This document shows, one piece after another, positions 52,492 to 64,000 of a DNA stretch of 64,000 bases (positions within the stretch are counted from its first letter, which is position 1; each line of letters opens with the position of its first letter). A model generated the notes under the pieces. It had not been told where the DNA came from and ran no database searches. It worked only from the letters and a program-made list of their open reading frames with translations. Origin of the DNA: Raillietiella orientalis. Lineage: Eukaryota. The translations under genes were made by a program, and so were the position numbers. Where the stretch lies: assembly GCA_036172245.1 (NCBI GenBank), contig JAYWIR010000048.1:806001-870000 (forward strand). The letters are read 5' to 3'.

Positions 52492-54229
52492 GCACAGAGG
52501 TCGCCAGAATAAGGATTCGTGGAGTGGTCATTTGACACTTGAAAAAAAAAAACAATGAGCCAAAAAAAAAAAAACATCCACTGAGGGATGCTCACGTGAT
52601 CAACGTAGGTGGCGTTTCTCAGCTTTGGCTAATATCAAATTGGCTGAGTAGGAATTCCTAGCACGATACCGATGCAGCGAAAGCGGGAAATGTGTTGCTC
52701 AAATCGCTCCTCTTTTTCGATTGACGCTGGGTTCCAGGACAGATGGCATCTCATCTCTGGGTCCATGCGAAAGAGTTTTCCAAGCTGGAACGGAACCTTT
52801 GCGAGCGGAAACCATGGAAGCATCTTCGTCGCCCGCCAAGTGGGCAACTAGGAAACCCACCGAGCACAGGCGACCACGTCCGCGAAAACAGGATGCTCCT
52901 GCGATCGCAGCTTTTCACCACTTTGATCTCGTGCGGAACGAGGCCTCCTAGTGGACCGCGACATTCCAGGAGATCTGTCGCGAATTCCCGAAGGAGCACT
53001 CGAAAAACTTCGTTCTCCCTTAAAAACGACTTTCCGGAAACGCTGGGAACGCGACGTTCCTGTGATTCGTTTCCCGAGGAAATTCAAGACGGCACGAAGC
53101 CACACAGAATCGGATGCCCCTTTTCATCTGTAAGCGAGAGCAAACAGATATTCGTTCGACCCCCTCTTCCCCTCCCTGCCCTTCCTCCGAACGCACGTCC
53201 TCAGGACGCACCAGTGATCGACCAAACTCCTTGAAAGTCCCGATTTTGTTTCATCACTTCGAGTGTTTTGAATTGCCATTCTTGCAAACGATGTGCGAGA
53301 TGAGGCTCCATGCTCTCTTCCACGGATGAAGGTTTTCGATCAAAGGGAACGCAAGGACCGGAGTTCCTTCCCAGCATTGCTATCTCACCAGAACGAGGCA
53401 GCTGAAAGGAGGGAGAGGGGGAAGGGAGAGTCCCTTCCCGTCGGCTTGTAAGGGTTATCGAGTTTTCGATGCAGATACCGGACGGATGCTGGAGGATCAG
53501 GAATCTCGCAAATCTGCGAAAGCCAGGACCGCACTTTCGAGAAGGAAGGGGGGAGGGGAAGCAAATGCAGTCGTTTCCGGATCCAAGCGTATTTGTGAAT
53601 GATGACCTCACGAAAATCGATTCATGGACTTACCGTTCTCGATTCCGATCTCGCGAGAGCATCACAGCCCCCTTTCACAACCAGTGCAAAGGCCGAGCTG
53701 CAGAACACCACGGCAACCCCCCTTGCGCCCCCTTGTCGTTCAGACCCGGTTCCGCAGCGTAAATTCGCACACGTCCTTCTTTGACGGTCGGCATCGAGCA
53801 CCGTGGATTTTGACGTGCACCCTTCTCCCTCCCCCCTCCTTTCCCGACCGCTTACGCGACAGCACTGGGTCCACTCTTGGGGAGAGCTGGGAAACTCTGG
53901 GGGAGAGCCTTGTGGTGCCCTCTCGAGCGAGACTGCCGAACCACCGACCGTCGCGATTCCTCGTCAGTTTCACGTTTTGCGGTACCTTCGGTCTTACCGA
54001 ATTCATTTCACTCGAGGGATGTTTCCGTTTATGTTCTCTCAGTCTTCCAGGATTGAGGGCGTTTCCTATCCTTCCCCTCTTCCCCCAGAAAAATAAAAGA
54101 AAATGGGTTCTGGACTGATGACGAGAAGCTTCAAGAGTGCACGCCGTTTCTGCGCGCGCTCTCCGCCGTGAGAGCGAGGCGTTTCCATGGCTCCCGCGTG
54201 GAGGAGCGCGCTGAGGCAACTTGAGAAAA

Positions 54230-54900
54230 GGACGCCGGCAGAAAGCAGACACACCGCCGCCACTCGGGGCAGACCTCAGCTGTGATCCGAACGGCCTCTC
54301 GGCGTTCCTGTGGACTCCTCCACGATCGTAGGGAATCCTGAGCAGAAGGAAAGAAAAAAACCCTTGGAAAGTGCCTCCCCCCCCCCCCCCCCAAAGGACC
54401 CGCCGAATTCCGCGGGAAACGAAGACGCAAGGAGAACTGGGAATCCGGGAGGCCGTGCCCAAGCCGCTACCCTGTGCAAACAGCGCGCGCAGCTTCCAGA
54501 CCGCTGCTCAATGGCACCGACCAGTTGCCGGGAGAAGCGGCGCGCAGGCGGCGGCTCAGCGTCGCCGGTGCGAATCTCCCACAAGCGCCAGGAGTGGTCC
54601 ACAGATGAGATGGACAGGACTGCGGAGGGCCATCTTCAGTTTCGCGATGGCCATCGCACCTTGCGAGGCTTAGGGACTTCAGCAATACCTCCCTCCCCCC
54701 CCCCCCCCAGAGAGATGCGGATCCGCTCCAGCGAAGTTCCTCGATTCCAGCACCCGTGGGTCGGGATCACGGGTGCTGAGAAGCGCGACTGCCTTACCCT
54801 GATGCGACACCAAAGTCCACCCGTGGACTGAATGCCACTGCATATAGATGATAGGTGATAGCACGTGGGAAGTGCCCCTTCCATTCTCTGTTTCTCCGCA
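54230..54900 (-). mobile_element. Possible decayed L1/Tx1-like 3' relic
   Basis: WHSVHGWTLVSHQG-type motif and a pyrimidine-rich downstream tract on the minus strand. Confidence 0.3.
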
Positions 54901-57900
54901 AATCCCGAATGAGACTGCCGAATCCTCGATGCCTGCGATCCGGCCTCTCGGAGAGTCGGTTTCCTTGACAGCTCGGAAAAGGCGCGTTCGCCGGAGTACA
55001 TCCCGAAATTTGTTTCGCTTCCCCTCTTTGCGAGAGCAACCCGAGGTGGGAAGACGCGACCAGAGAATGTCCAGCTGGAAGTCGCCTTTTTTTTTTTTTT
55101 TTTTTTTTGCTCACAGCTTGGCTCTCTGTTTACTCAAACACCTCCTCGCCTGACATTTTCAACTCTTTTTTGCCCCATTTGTCTGTGTGTGTGTGTGTTT
55201 TCAATACGAGCGCCCCTGTTGTTGCGGATTCCCTTCTGACAGCCACTCAGAACAGGGTTGCCAACTGCTGGTGTCGTAAGCACGTAAACATTCGGTCCAG
55301 AGAGCCTTGAAATGCCCAATATCGAGGCGAAAAAGGTCAGCTGCCGCCGGCAGATTCACGTGTCACTCTGCAAGCTTTTAGAACTCGAGTTTTTAAAGCA
55401 CCTCTCGGAGGAGGAGAGTTCTGCAATCAGTTTCAACAGGGACTACTGGGTTTCGCATTTACGAACGGAGCGCACGCCCGGTTCCCGCCATTCGACGCAT
55501 GCGCAGCCTCCGATGCCTAGCAACGCGACGAAAGGAGGAACGCGGATCGCCGGAAGGGAGGCGGGAATGCAGGCAGGTTGCACGTTCGTTCCACTGGCTT
55601 CAGGAGCCAGCAGCCGGAATGCTTCCTGGGTTTCTTCCTTGGTTCACTTCGCCCTTTGACCGTTCGCCGCCACAGGGAGAATTGTCGAACCTGTGAACGG
55701 ACGCAGAGTCCCTTCCTACAGGCACGCCTGCATCCTCTCCGTCCTCCGCGGATGTAACTGTCTTGCAGGTTTCCTGCAGAGGATCTCGGGAACCCAACAC
55801 AAAGGGGCATCGACGTAGGTTCAGCCTTGGCTGCAACTACCATCAGAGAGGTCATCAAAGGGAGCGTTTTGGAGTGAGAGTGCGCATGCCTTTGTGTGCA
55901 CGCAGTTTTTCGGTGTTTAGTTGTTTTCGTTGGTGCGCTTGATTTGGCGAGGTGCGTGGGGTGTGGAGGATGGAGGAAAAGCTGGAAAATTGTGCAGGAA
56001 TGGAGGAAGGTGGAGGAAAAGTTGGGAATGATGTCAGCTGCAGTGTTCTTTGTGGCATCGCCGGTGTATGGAGTACATGCAAGAACTTCCTAAGGCTCTC
56101 AGCACTTGCTTTGGAGTCCAGAGTCTCTGGTTTGCGCACCAACCCTCTGGGTGTCTCAGTTGCCCTTGCACAAGGCGCATTCTTGGCTTTCGGTCAAAGA
56201 CCTCAACAGAGCAGACGGGAAGTCGTCTTCTTGACCGGATCGTCATTGTCTGTTTTTGTTTCTTAGACAAATGAGGCCATCGCATCCTCAAGAAGTGAAG
56301 TCCGGTCAGTGGAAAGCATGACATCTCCTTTAGGTCACCGACTGCATCGCAAATTTTCCCTGTCTATCCTCTGCACTGGAGAAGCACCCGAGGAAGGATC
56401 GATTCGAAGTGGTCGCATTTGGTCAGCTCGGAATTACACGACGCGATCCGCACTTCTTCCTGGAAACGCGGCTCGGAATCAGCAAGAAGAGCTGGAGCCA
56501 CGTTCGCTCAAGATCATCGATTTCCTCAGGATCTTCATTTCATCTTTCGCGCCACACTCCCTCGAGAAGTACCGGAATTCGTACCGGCTGATTTTATCTT
56601 GAAAAGTCTCGTTGACTGCGGATGGCTGCGGATCTGTGATTGTGATTTTTATCGATTGCACCACCAAGACGGGATTTTTCACATTGCTTGGCAGTCAGCC
56701 ACGTCCTAGGCATGTGCCGCAAATGGGAGTGCCTCACTGCACACCCATTGCTCGGAGCTTACCTTTTACGGGAGGATTCGAATCCGCAACACCACGCGCG
56801 CAGCCACACGGCCGCCGACCTCGAGCCGTGTGGCTGCGGTCCGGTGTATGGTGATGCTTTCGGAAAAAATTCCTGTAGGCACTTTTCGGGAATCCCCATG
56901 AGCAAAGTTTCAGGTTGGTGCCTATATGAGCCAAGAACACACGTATATGACCAGGGGCAATCAATCAGGGACACCTGCCATGGAGGACATGGTTCCAAAG
57001 CCTAAGGCACCCTTGAATTCCCAATTTCGTGGAAGAATTTCCTTTTCGTCTTCGTTTTATCCCCCAAGCAGGGGAAGGGTATCACATGCAAGTAGTGAAA
57101 TGGATGAAAACATATGTATATGTATATATGTAGGTAGTTAGTTATGCATCAGCCTTGAAATAATTTTCCGAAGCTCTCTTTCCATATTTCCGCACGGGTG
57201 ATGAAATCGGCAGCCCTTGGGACATCTTACTGATTTATTGAACTAGTTGGAATGCACTCACTGAGATTGAAAATGCAGTGACGGCAAAGTCAAGTGCACT
57301 TTTTCCGTAGAAGGCAAGGAATTCAATAAGTTGTCCCACCACGTCATCAGCCGTTGTCTGCAAGCAAGCGTTTGAATGAGTGGTTTCATTTGCTTCCAAG
57401 TGATAATTGAAAACACGATGGATCGATGCTCTCCTATCTTTCTTCCTTTTTTTCCCACCAACGGCATGGCCGTGTCGATGCTTCAAGCCGGTATGTCCGC
57501 TTCTCGCCGCAGCCTTTGAAAAATATTTTCCAATAAGACGGAATTTGACCGGGTTAGCTTGGAAGCGTGAGTCGATCCGCAGCATTGAGGACTCTCCAGG
57601 TTTTCGATCTCCAACGCAAGGCCCGATTTTGGGTAGGAAACTGAAATGAGGAACAGCGTCAGATTAGGGACGGAGCGTCCCGATGGGCAATATGAAATAC
57701 ACCAAGCTAAAAGGAGTTCTCTTGAGAAATCAGCATCAGGTTTTTCCGAAAGACTTGCAGCTTACCACGGAGTGGCTTTCACACCTTGGTGGTGGATCTA
57801 CAAGGAGACTTTGGTTCCCTGAAATTTCTAGCCACTCAACCTCCATCTGCAAATCCGCTTCCAGCCGGAAGGGTCTTCCTGCTGGGATCTTGAGATGTAC

Positions 57901-60314
57901 CTTGTGAAAGCCATGGCGACCGTTTGCTCTCTGGTGCGTTTGGCGTTCAGGTCCGTCAGAAGGAAAGCAGCTGCGGACTGATGCTTTGCGCTGATGTGCA
58001 TGTGGTTGCCACGAACAAGAAGACACCCTTCCTGGATCATCTTGTATCTAGTGATCCAGATCGGGAGAAGATCCAGAAGATCCGGCAGCTTGCTTAACGA
58101 GAGCTTTGGAAAATAATTTCAAGGCTGGAACACGGCTCACTAGAAAAACTCTTCACCGAACCATCGCGAACCCTTGCTATCCTATGTGTTCCAAAACCGT
58201 CACAGAGCACTCAGGCTGAAGAGAGGAAACTGTGGAAGGTGTCATCTAAAGATGGCAGTTCGAAACACCGCTCGAAGTTTGCTACCGTCACACAGCAAGC
58301 CATGCCAGCTCAACTCAGTAAACTGGGGATGGATAAGACAGATCCGATTCCGTGTCGCCTAGCGACCCACGTCTCATCAAACTCAGTGATGAGCAGCTGT
58401 TGTTCATTGTGCTCATTGAAAAGAGGGAGAAGCTGTTTCTCTCTCTCTCTCTCTCTCTCTGGCAAGAAGTCGTTGGCGCTCAGAGATTGGTTCTTCAACT
58501 TTCCTCTCTAGGATGGAACTCAACTGGTTTGGAGCTGGACGAATTATGTTGAACGAAGGATGCTCCGGGGACGAAAAGGGGGAGGACCGAACTCTTTGGA
58601 AAGCAAAGATGAGATTTTCATGGGAAGGAACAACTGTTTGAGAGCAAGCTGCCGACTGCTTTGCTCTCATCACCTACTGCATCTCACCGGAATCCGGTAA
58701 TTGTACCGAGCAGGAGCTGCTGAGCTCAGCAACCAAGTGTAATCTTTGACGCTGAGCTGAAATTAACTGTCTTTAGAAATGGAGGCGTCTCTTCCCTGTG
58801 AGTTCTAACCAAACCCTGCCAGCGGAGCATTCAAAAGATAAGCGTCAGAGGGGAAATGAACTTTCTTCTGGATTCGTTTCCAAGAACTGGCAATTGAAAC
58901 TTTCATGGGGTTATTTTACACGGACGATTCATTCTACGTTTATCTGCATTGGTGCAAACACTTGGCGAAATCCATGGGATACGTGATATTCACTTTTTAA
59001 TGTGCAGGAGCTCCAGGAGATGAATGTAAGCCACATCAGAGCGCGTTAATCCATGCATCGACTGATACGTGGAAAATCAGGTCCCAACTCTGACGTCAAG
59101 ACCGATGTAGCATGAGTTACATTGCATAAGTTATACCGTTCACACATGTGGTGGCTCCAAAGATAAACAATAGTTGGACAGCCCCTCAGAAGAGCTGGCG
59201 ATTCCCTCTTTGGTAAGTTTTCAAGACGTCCTTCTTAAAGCACACAAACAGCAGTTAATAGGAAGTTTTCATGGCAAGGTTTGGCTCCATTCCGACTTTT
59301 CTTGGTTGAAAATTGGTAGAATGTGGAGATTATTCGATGTGGAGCAATCTTTTTTTTTTTCCTCTTGGGATGGAACTGTGCATCCCGTCCGACCCTCTTC
59401 GTCAATCTGGAAGGAGTGGTGAGTGCGCCTCTGAGTGCTTCGTGCAAACGGATGCCTGAGGGCCGACGCGCTTCAGCCCGGTTCGAATGCCGGTTCTGAC
59501 CACACAACCAGCACTCGAGCCAGGGGTCGCTGGAGAAGGAAAGCATCGCTCTGGAATTGATCTAAGACGAGGGGTCTTTTCGAAAGAGTCTCAGCGAGAA
59601 AATCTTGGACTCGCTACACACCGGATTCGGCTCGGCCAATGCGTTCGTTGAAGCGTTCGGATGCATTAGAGGATTAGAAAGAGACGCAGAACCAAAATCT
59701 GAAAGAGTACCTGCAGACATTCCTAGCAGAACCTTGACTGCAAAAGTGCCGAAAGTGCAAAAGAGGAAAACCCTGCAGCTCTTTTGCACTCGGAATCTAG
59801 AGCACTGAATGGCCCATACGAACTGAGCTCTGCGTAAGTGTTGCCACTTGAATTCGAGGCCGTCGACAACTCGCTGACGGACAAGTTTTGCTGACGGTTC
59901 CATTCCAAAATTTGCCATCTTTTTATCTGGTGCACCAGATGAAAAGATGCTTTTTCCTTCAGGGCGTGCTGTAGGGAAAAGTAAGTATCGAGAAAAAGTG
60001 TCTGCTGACAAGGAGCAATGGGAAGGAAGCTGAAGATTAGAGGCTGGAACGAGGAAGGGCTGCAGAGGTTTTGGAAACTACTGCCTGCAACACTCTGGCC
60101 GTAAGCTTGGCGTGTTCATCGGTCTCAGATGAACAGGACACAGGTTTAGGATCAGGATGGATGGGAAACCATCGCATACCGAAGCAATTCTGTGATCACG
60201 TGAAACTCCCATGCTGATTGAATTCTTTCACGACAAACCTGACAGGGGCTAAGTTGAAATGGGATGCTGTTTTTTTTAGATACTCCATTTCTGCCGTAAG
60301 AGTCTCAATTCTAG

Positions 60315-60925
60315 CCAACACTGTGGTTGTTTCTGAAGAAGGCCTTCCTCAGAGTGTTTCTTGTTGGAAAAAGAGCTCGCATCACTGTTGAAGATAATCG
60401 TAAAAAGTCTCCCGCGCATGTGGCTGTTAGGCATGAAAGACAGGATATTGTGGAATTTCTAAACAGTGCACCTGGTGTTCCAGTTTTGAATGAGCTTCCG
60501 TCCATAGCGAACAGGCCAAAACTGCAGGACGGATTCGAGTGTTTGGAACACCACGTGCCCAGGTTCAAGAAAAATGCTGCACAGTTACAGCAATCCAAGG
60601 ATTATCTCAAAAGATACACACCTTTGAGTCGATCAGGAATCCCATGAATTCGTTCTGGAACGGTAGACGATGAAGGAGCTTTTCCTCATTGCTTCAGGTG
60701 TTACGATCACTGGAATTTTGGGGTGTTACCCCGAAATTACAGTGATCTTTTCCTGAATGGTTGGGAACTGCAACAGACCAGTGATGACCTCGGAGCTGAA
60801 AATGCTAAAGCCACTTATAGGTGACGCTACTCGGGGAAGGATCTGCTAACGGAAGCAACGCTGATATCATAGACAAAAGGGTCAAGTTCTTGGACACTTC
60901 TACAACATGCTGCATACAGTAAGAC
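60315..60925 (+). pseudogene. Ankyrin-repeat protein exon or relic
   Basis: LVGKRARITVEDNRKKSPAHVAVRHERQDIVEFL fits the ankyrin consensus (LxxGAxxxxxDxxGxTPLHxAxxxGxxxIVxxL); a second, frameshifted repeat GSNADIID / SWTLLQHAAY lies at about 60852-60920; tctag acceptor at about 60314. Confidence 0.6.
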
Positions 60926-61081
60926 TTACCAAGGGCACATTTGTGGTGAGTCTCCACGCGTGGCACAAGTGTTTAGGATTGGAATCCTTCCGTTAAGACG
61001 GGTGCGCAGTGGGTTTTTATCCCCACCTCCCCTTCCGTTCCCACAGGACGGCTCTGGCTGGCCCATTCGGGTGCAGCACTG

Positions 61082-62265
61082 ATGACAGCCGGTCACTCTG
61101 AAGCGTTTGTTTATAAAATAAGCATCCATGTCTGTAGAAGGGCGTTTGATCCTGCTACGTTACTTATAACTACGAGAAAAAACCTGTCGGGAACTGGAGC
61201 GCAGGCCAGAGGGGTTCGCCTCGGCAGCTCAGGGGAAGAGATGACAAACAAAAAGAAAAAAAAAATAGAACAAAAAACATACAGTCCAAAAAAAAAGGTG
61301 ATAAGGGTCGGGAAGGGATCTGTGCTGGAGGGCGTCTCCTGCATCCTTGTAAGGATACCGTCAAGTTCCTGTTTCGAGGCTCCCAGATGGGCCATCTTGA
61401 CACCGCCTTCATAAAGAGGACAGCAGAATACATGACGTCCATGTCGTTATGGCCTCCATTTTGCAGCCCCATGCAGCTACGATCCCGCGTAGGCAGCAAA
61501 GTGCTGCCAGGGATGCGGCCGGCATGAGGGCGTCGCGCAGGAAGAGGGTCTTTAAAATTTCTCTGGCACTGTCGGCGGGGGCTCCAAAGGACGTGGCATA
61601 GCGTTTCCACTGGGTACGGCGGGCAACACAGTCCACTAGGAGGTGTGGGAGGGATTCCGGCCACCCGCACCTTGCATAGTTTGGGCCCACCCACATCCGA
61701 GTGATGCCGGTGGGCGTTGCACGGGAGGCTCCAGTGCAGCACTGGTGGAAACCTTAAAACCCCCCGTTGAGCGGCCGAGTTAAATGTCGACCCTCCGGGG
61801 TACTTTCAGGAATCGAGGAGCCCTCCGGCCTCATAAGGGTCGTGATAATGGAGCCGTCCCATGGAGCTGGTTGATGCTCCCTCCGGAAGGTTGATGCGTG
61901 CTCAGAGTATTAAGGAAGGGCCCTGCTCCCTTCGAGAAGCACCCTTCAGAGAAACTTGGAAGCATTCCTTTGGGGTTCTCTTCAGAGGAGGAAACAAGGA
62001 TGGGTTTCCCTGATGATGCCCTTGGAACAAGAAATAAAGAGCGGCTCCTTCCGGGGGTTCCTTCTCAGACAACTAGTGCGAGGATTCCCTCTCAAGAGCA
62101 AGAAAGGAACGGACTCCTTCCTCCGGAGGCTTTCTGGATTCATAAGGTGGTCCCTCTGGGGTTACCCCCTAACTTGAAAGAATTAACATGCGACCTCGGG
62201 CGGCATGATCAGCGTTAAGGAGCTTCGTAAACTCTCTCTGAGACGAACGGTTCTTCAGCACTCTG
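61082..62265 (-). mobile_element. 5'-truncated L1/Tx1-like element (family B/C)
   Basis: VLHWSLPCNAHRHH / VGPNYARCGWPESLPHLLVDCVARRTQWKR...LCCLRGIVAAW; T-rich UTR with a ctgg-cctgcgct-ccag hairpin. Confidence 0.8.
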
Positions 62266-62919
62266 CGGAAACCCCCCTCCCCTTCCCCCAAAAGAGATAC
62301 ATTTGGATTATGTATAAGGAAAGCTACGGAGGTTAATGCTAAAGACAAATGTGGTTAGTATGTATTACGTCATTAGTTATAATAACTGTGAGATGATCCA
62401 GTTTTTTTTTCCATAAAATAAAAAAATGCGCGTCTCTCTGGAGATGAGGATGCAAAGGAAATCCTCGGAGAATTCCGAAGCTCACGATAAGCCGGAAGAA
62501 TCCATTGCTCAAAGAGTTGTGATTCGGGAATGGAGGCGCGTCTCCTAATGATCACGCTGCTTCTTCCGTGAGATGCTTTTCCACTGCTGCGTCCTATTTA
62601 TTTTCATTGGGTCCAGTAAATCCGGGGTACGGGAAGCCCTCGAGCAAAAAAAGCACTCCGTCGCAGGGAATCCGTGCCAAGTCGCTACGGCTAGGTCAAG
62701 CGGATGCCATTTCGTTTTTGTTTTCGTTCGGGGCTCAAAGTGCGCCCTCGCGCTGGAGCCAAAATTGCCCCAAGTGCCCTGGAGGGTTCTTCTGATCGAT
62801 GCGCCCGGAACTCGAGTGCGAAAGGAACTTTTCAGATGCGATGCCGAACGCAAGGAGCAAGGAGCGACGTAGAAGGGTGTTGCGACACCACTTACTCAGA
62901 GGGCGCCGGACCGGAACAG

Positions 62920-63945
62920 CATGGAAGTGCGAGGTGGCAAATGCCGAAATTTATCATCTCCACGCCAACCGAACGGAAATTCGAAGAGGAAAACGAAAAC
63001 CGGAACTTATCTTTTCCACTGTGAGCAGCTAAGGAACGGAGTTCCGACCGTTGCCTGGAAATGCCGCCACTGCTGAGCGTGCCGCGGAGATGCCTCCCGG
63101 AGTAGGAAATTCCACATCTTCGGTTCGCAAGGATCGATCCGAATCGCTCGAAGTCCTCTTCGGCTCCCATATCGCCGTTTCTGTCGACGCTGGCGCTATC
63201 ATATCGCGTCATCTCACGCTCCCGTTTTGAAAAATGACTCCTTGCGGAGCAGCATCCAGCCATCCCGCACGCACCGGAAGGAGCAGCAAAGCACAGTTCT
63301 TTGACACTGCGAGCTCAGCAAAGAACGGAACAGAACTGTTGATGAAGACCGCCTCGCTTCGAATCTCCATGGATACCACGAAAGTTGAAGTATCAGTCCA
63401 AAGGCACAGGCGAAGTTGGAATGATTGCAAGAACGAAGATGTTTCGGACCCAAAACGTGTGCGTCTTTGAGAGTAGGGAAATCGCATTTTTCAAGTTGGC
63501 AGGACCGAACGAGATACGGGCACTTGGAGTTCGACAAGGAATCAATCAAATGACGGGAACCCGGTCGTTTCCGGTCACGTCCGCCTCGGTGGATGATGCC
63601 ATTCCATGCCGGGTGCTGCTTGCAACCTCTGGCTTAAAATTCATCAAGCTAAATGCTAGAGCAATCAGGAAACTGGATTTCCCCTACTTAATAGGTCTGC
63701 TATCAGAACATCCCTTGATTCGCTATCAGAAAAGCGAACAAAGGGTGCAGAGGAACCATTCTCGACTGATTGATTGAAAATCGAAACAGATATTTCATGA
63801 GTAGATTATGGTGTTGTTGATAAAGACATCCACACAGGCAGTCGTTATTTAAAGGGCCTTCCCTTCCCCTCCCACTTTTCGTGGCAATCAGTGAGTCTTT
63901 TCCCAGGTTGGGAACGACAGAAATCACAAAGAAGGGATGCATTCC
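62920..63945 (-). pseudogene. Possible decayed NACHT/STAND NTPase coding relic
   Basis: In the expected order on the minus strand: VISVVPNLGKDSLI (Walker A-like), KYLFRF, FLIAL / LDEF (frameshifted, Walker B-like), YLVRSC (sensor-1-like), HVLG, ICHLALPC. All are degenerate. Confidence 0.35.
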
Positions 63946-64000
63946 ACCGTACGTTTGACCCTTTCCTTTGCGGATCCACTCCGTTCGGATAACCGAGCGT

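Noticed and set aside
4637..58460. Simple repeats: (TCT)n near 4637, (CT)n near 36754 and 58438, many A/T/C homopolymers
   Set aside because: Ordinary microsatellites with no consistent link to element junctions, so no evidence for microsatellite targeting.
1..64000. CRISPR array, prokaryotic operon or defence system
   Set aside because: No regularly spaced short direct repeats and no dense coding organisation; the content is eukaryotic.

Overview
Repeat-rich animal genomic DNA, probably arthropod judging by an arthropod-type SK-channel fragment. It is not prokaryotic, and I see no intact gene, rRNA, tRNA or CRISPR array. Most of the window is a graveyard of about 20 decayed, 5'-truncated non-LTR retrotransposon copies of the L1/Tx1 type, in both orientations. 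They are recognised by remnants of the ORF2 C-terminus: the post-RT FxW...P...GG motif, the zf-RVT motif LHWxLP...CxxC..E..HLLxDC...W, and RT-core relics in two copies. Across divergent subfamilies the copies share a two-part 3'-UTR structure: a hairpin with a CUGCGU-type hexaloop, then about 70-110 nt later an AATAAA-like signal, a short GC-rich stem-loop, TG and a short A run. Three pairs of dead copies share tracts of sequence: a 737-bp inverted pair with about 3 differences, a 532-bp tract of about 99% identity bounded by sharp drops, and a chimeric pair carrying the same ~200-bp insert. Between the elements lie an intronless, disabled SK (KCNN) potassium-channel fragment and weak relics of ankyrin, NACHT, Death and HEPN-like host genes. 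Most ORFs in the supplied track are spurious or antisense to element relics. All alignments were made by eye, so boundaries are approximate unless stated as exact.
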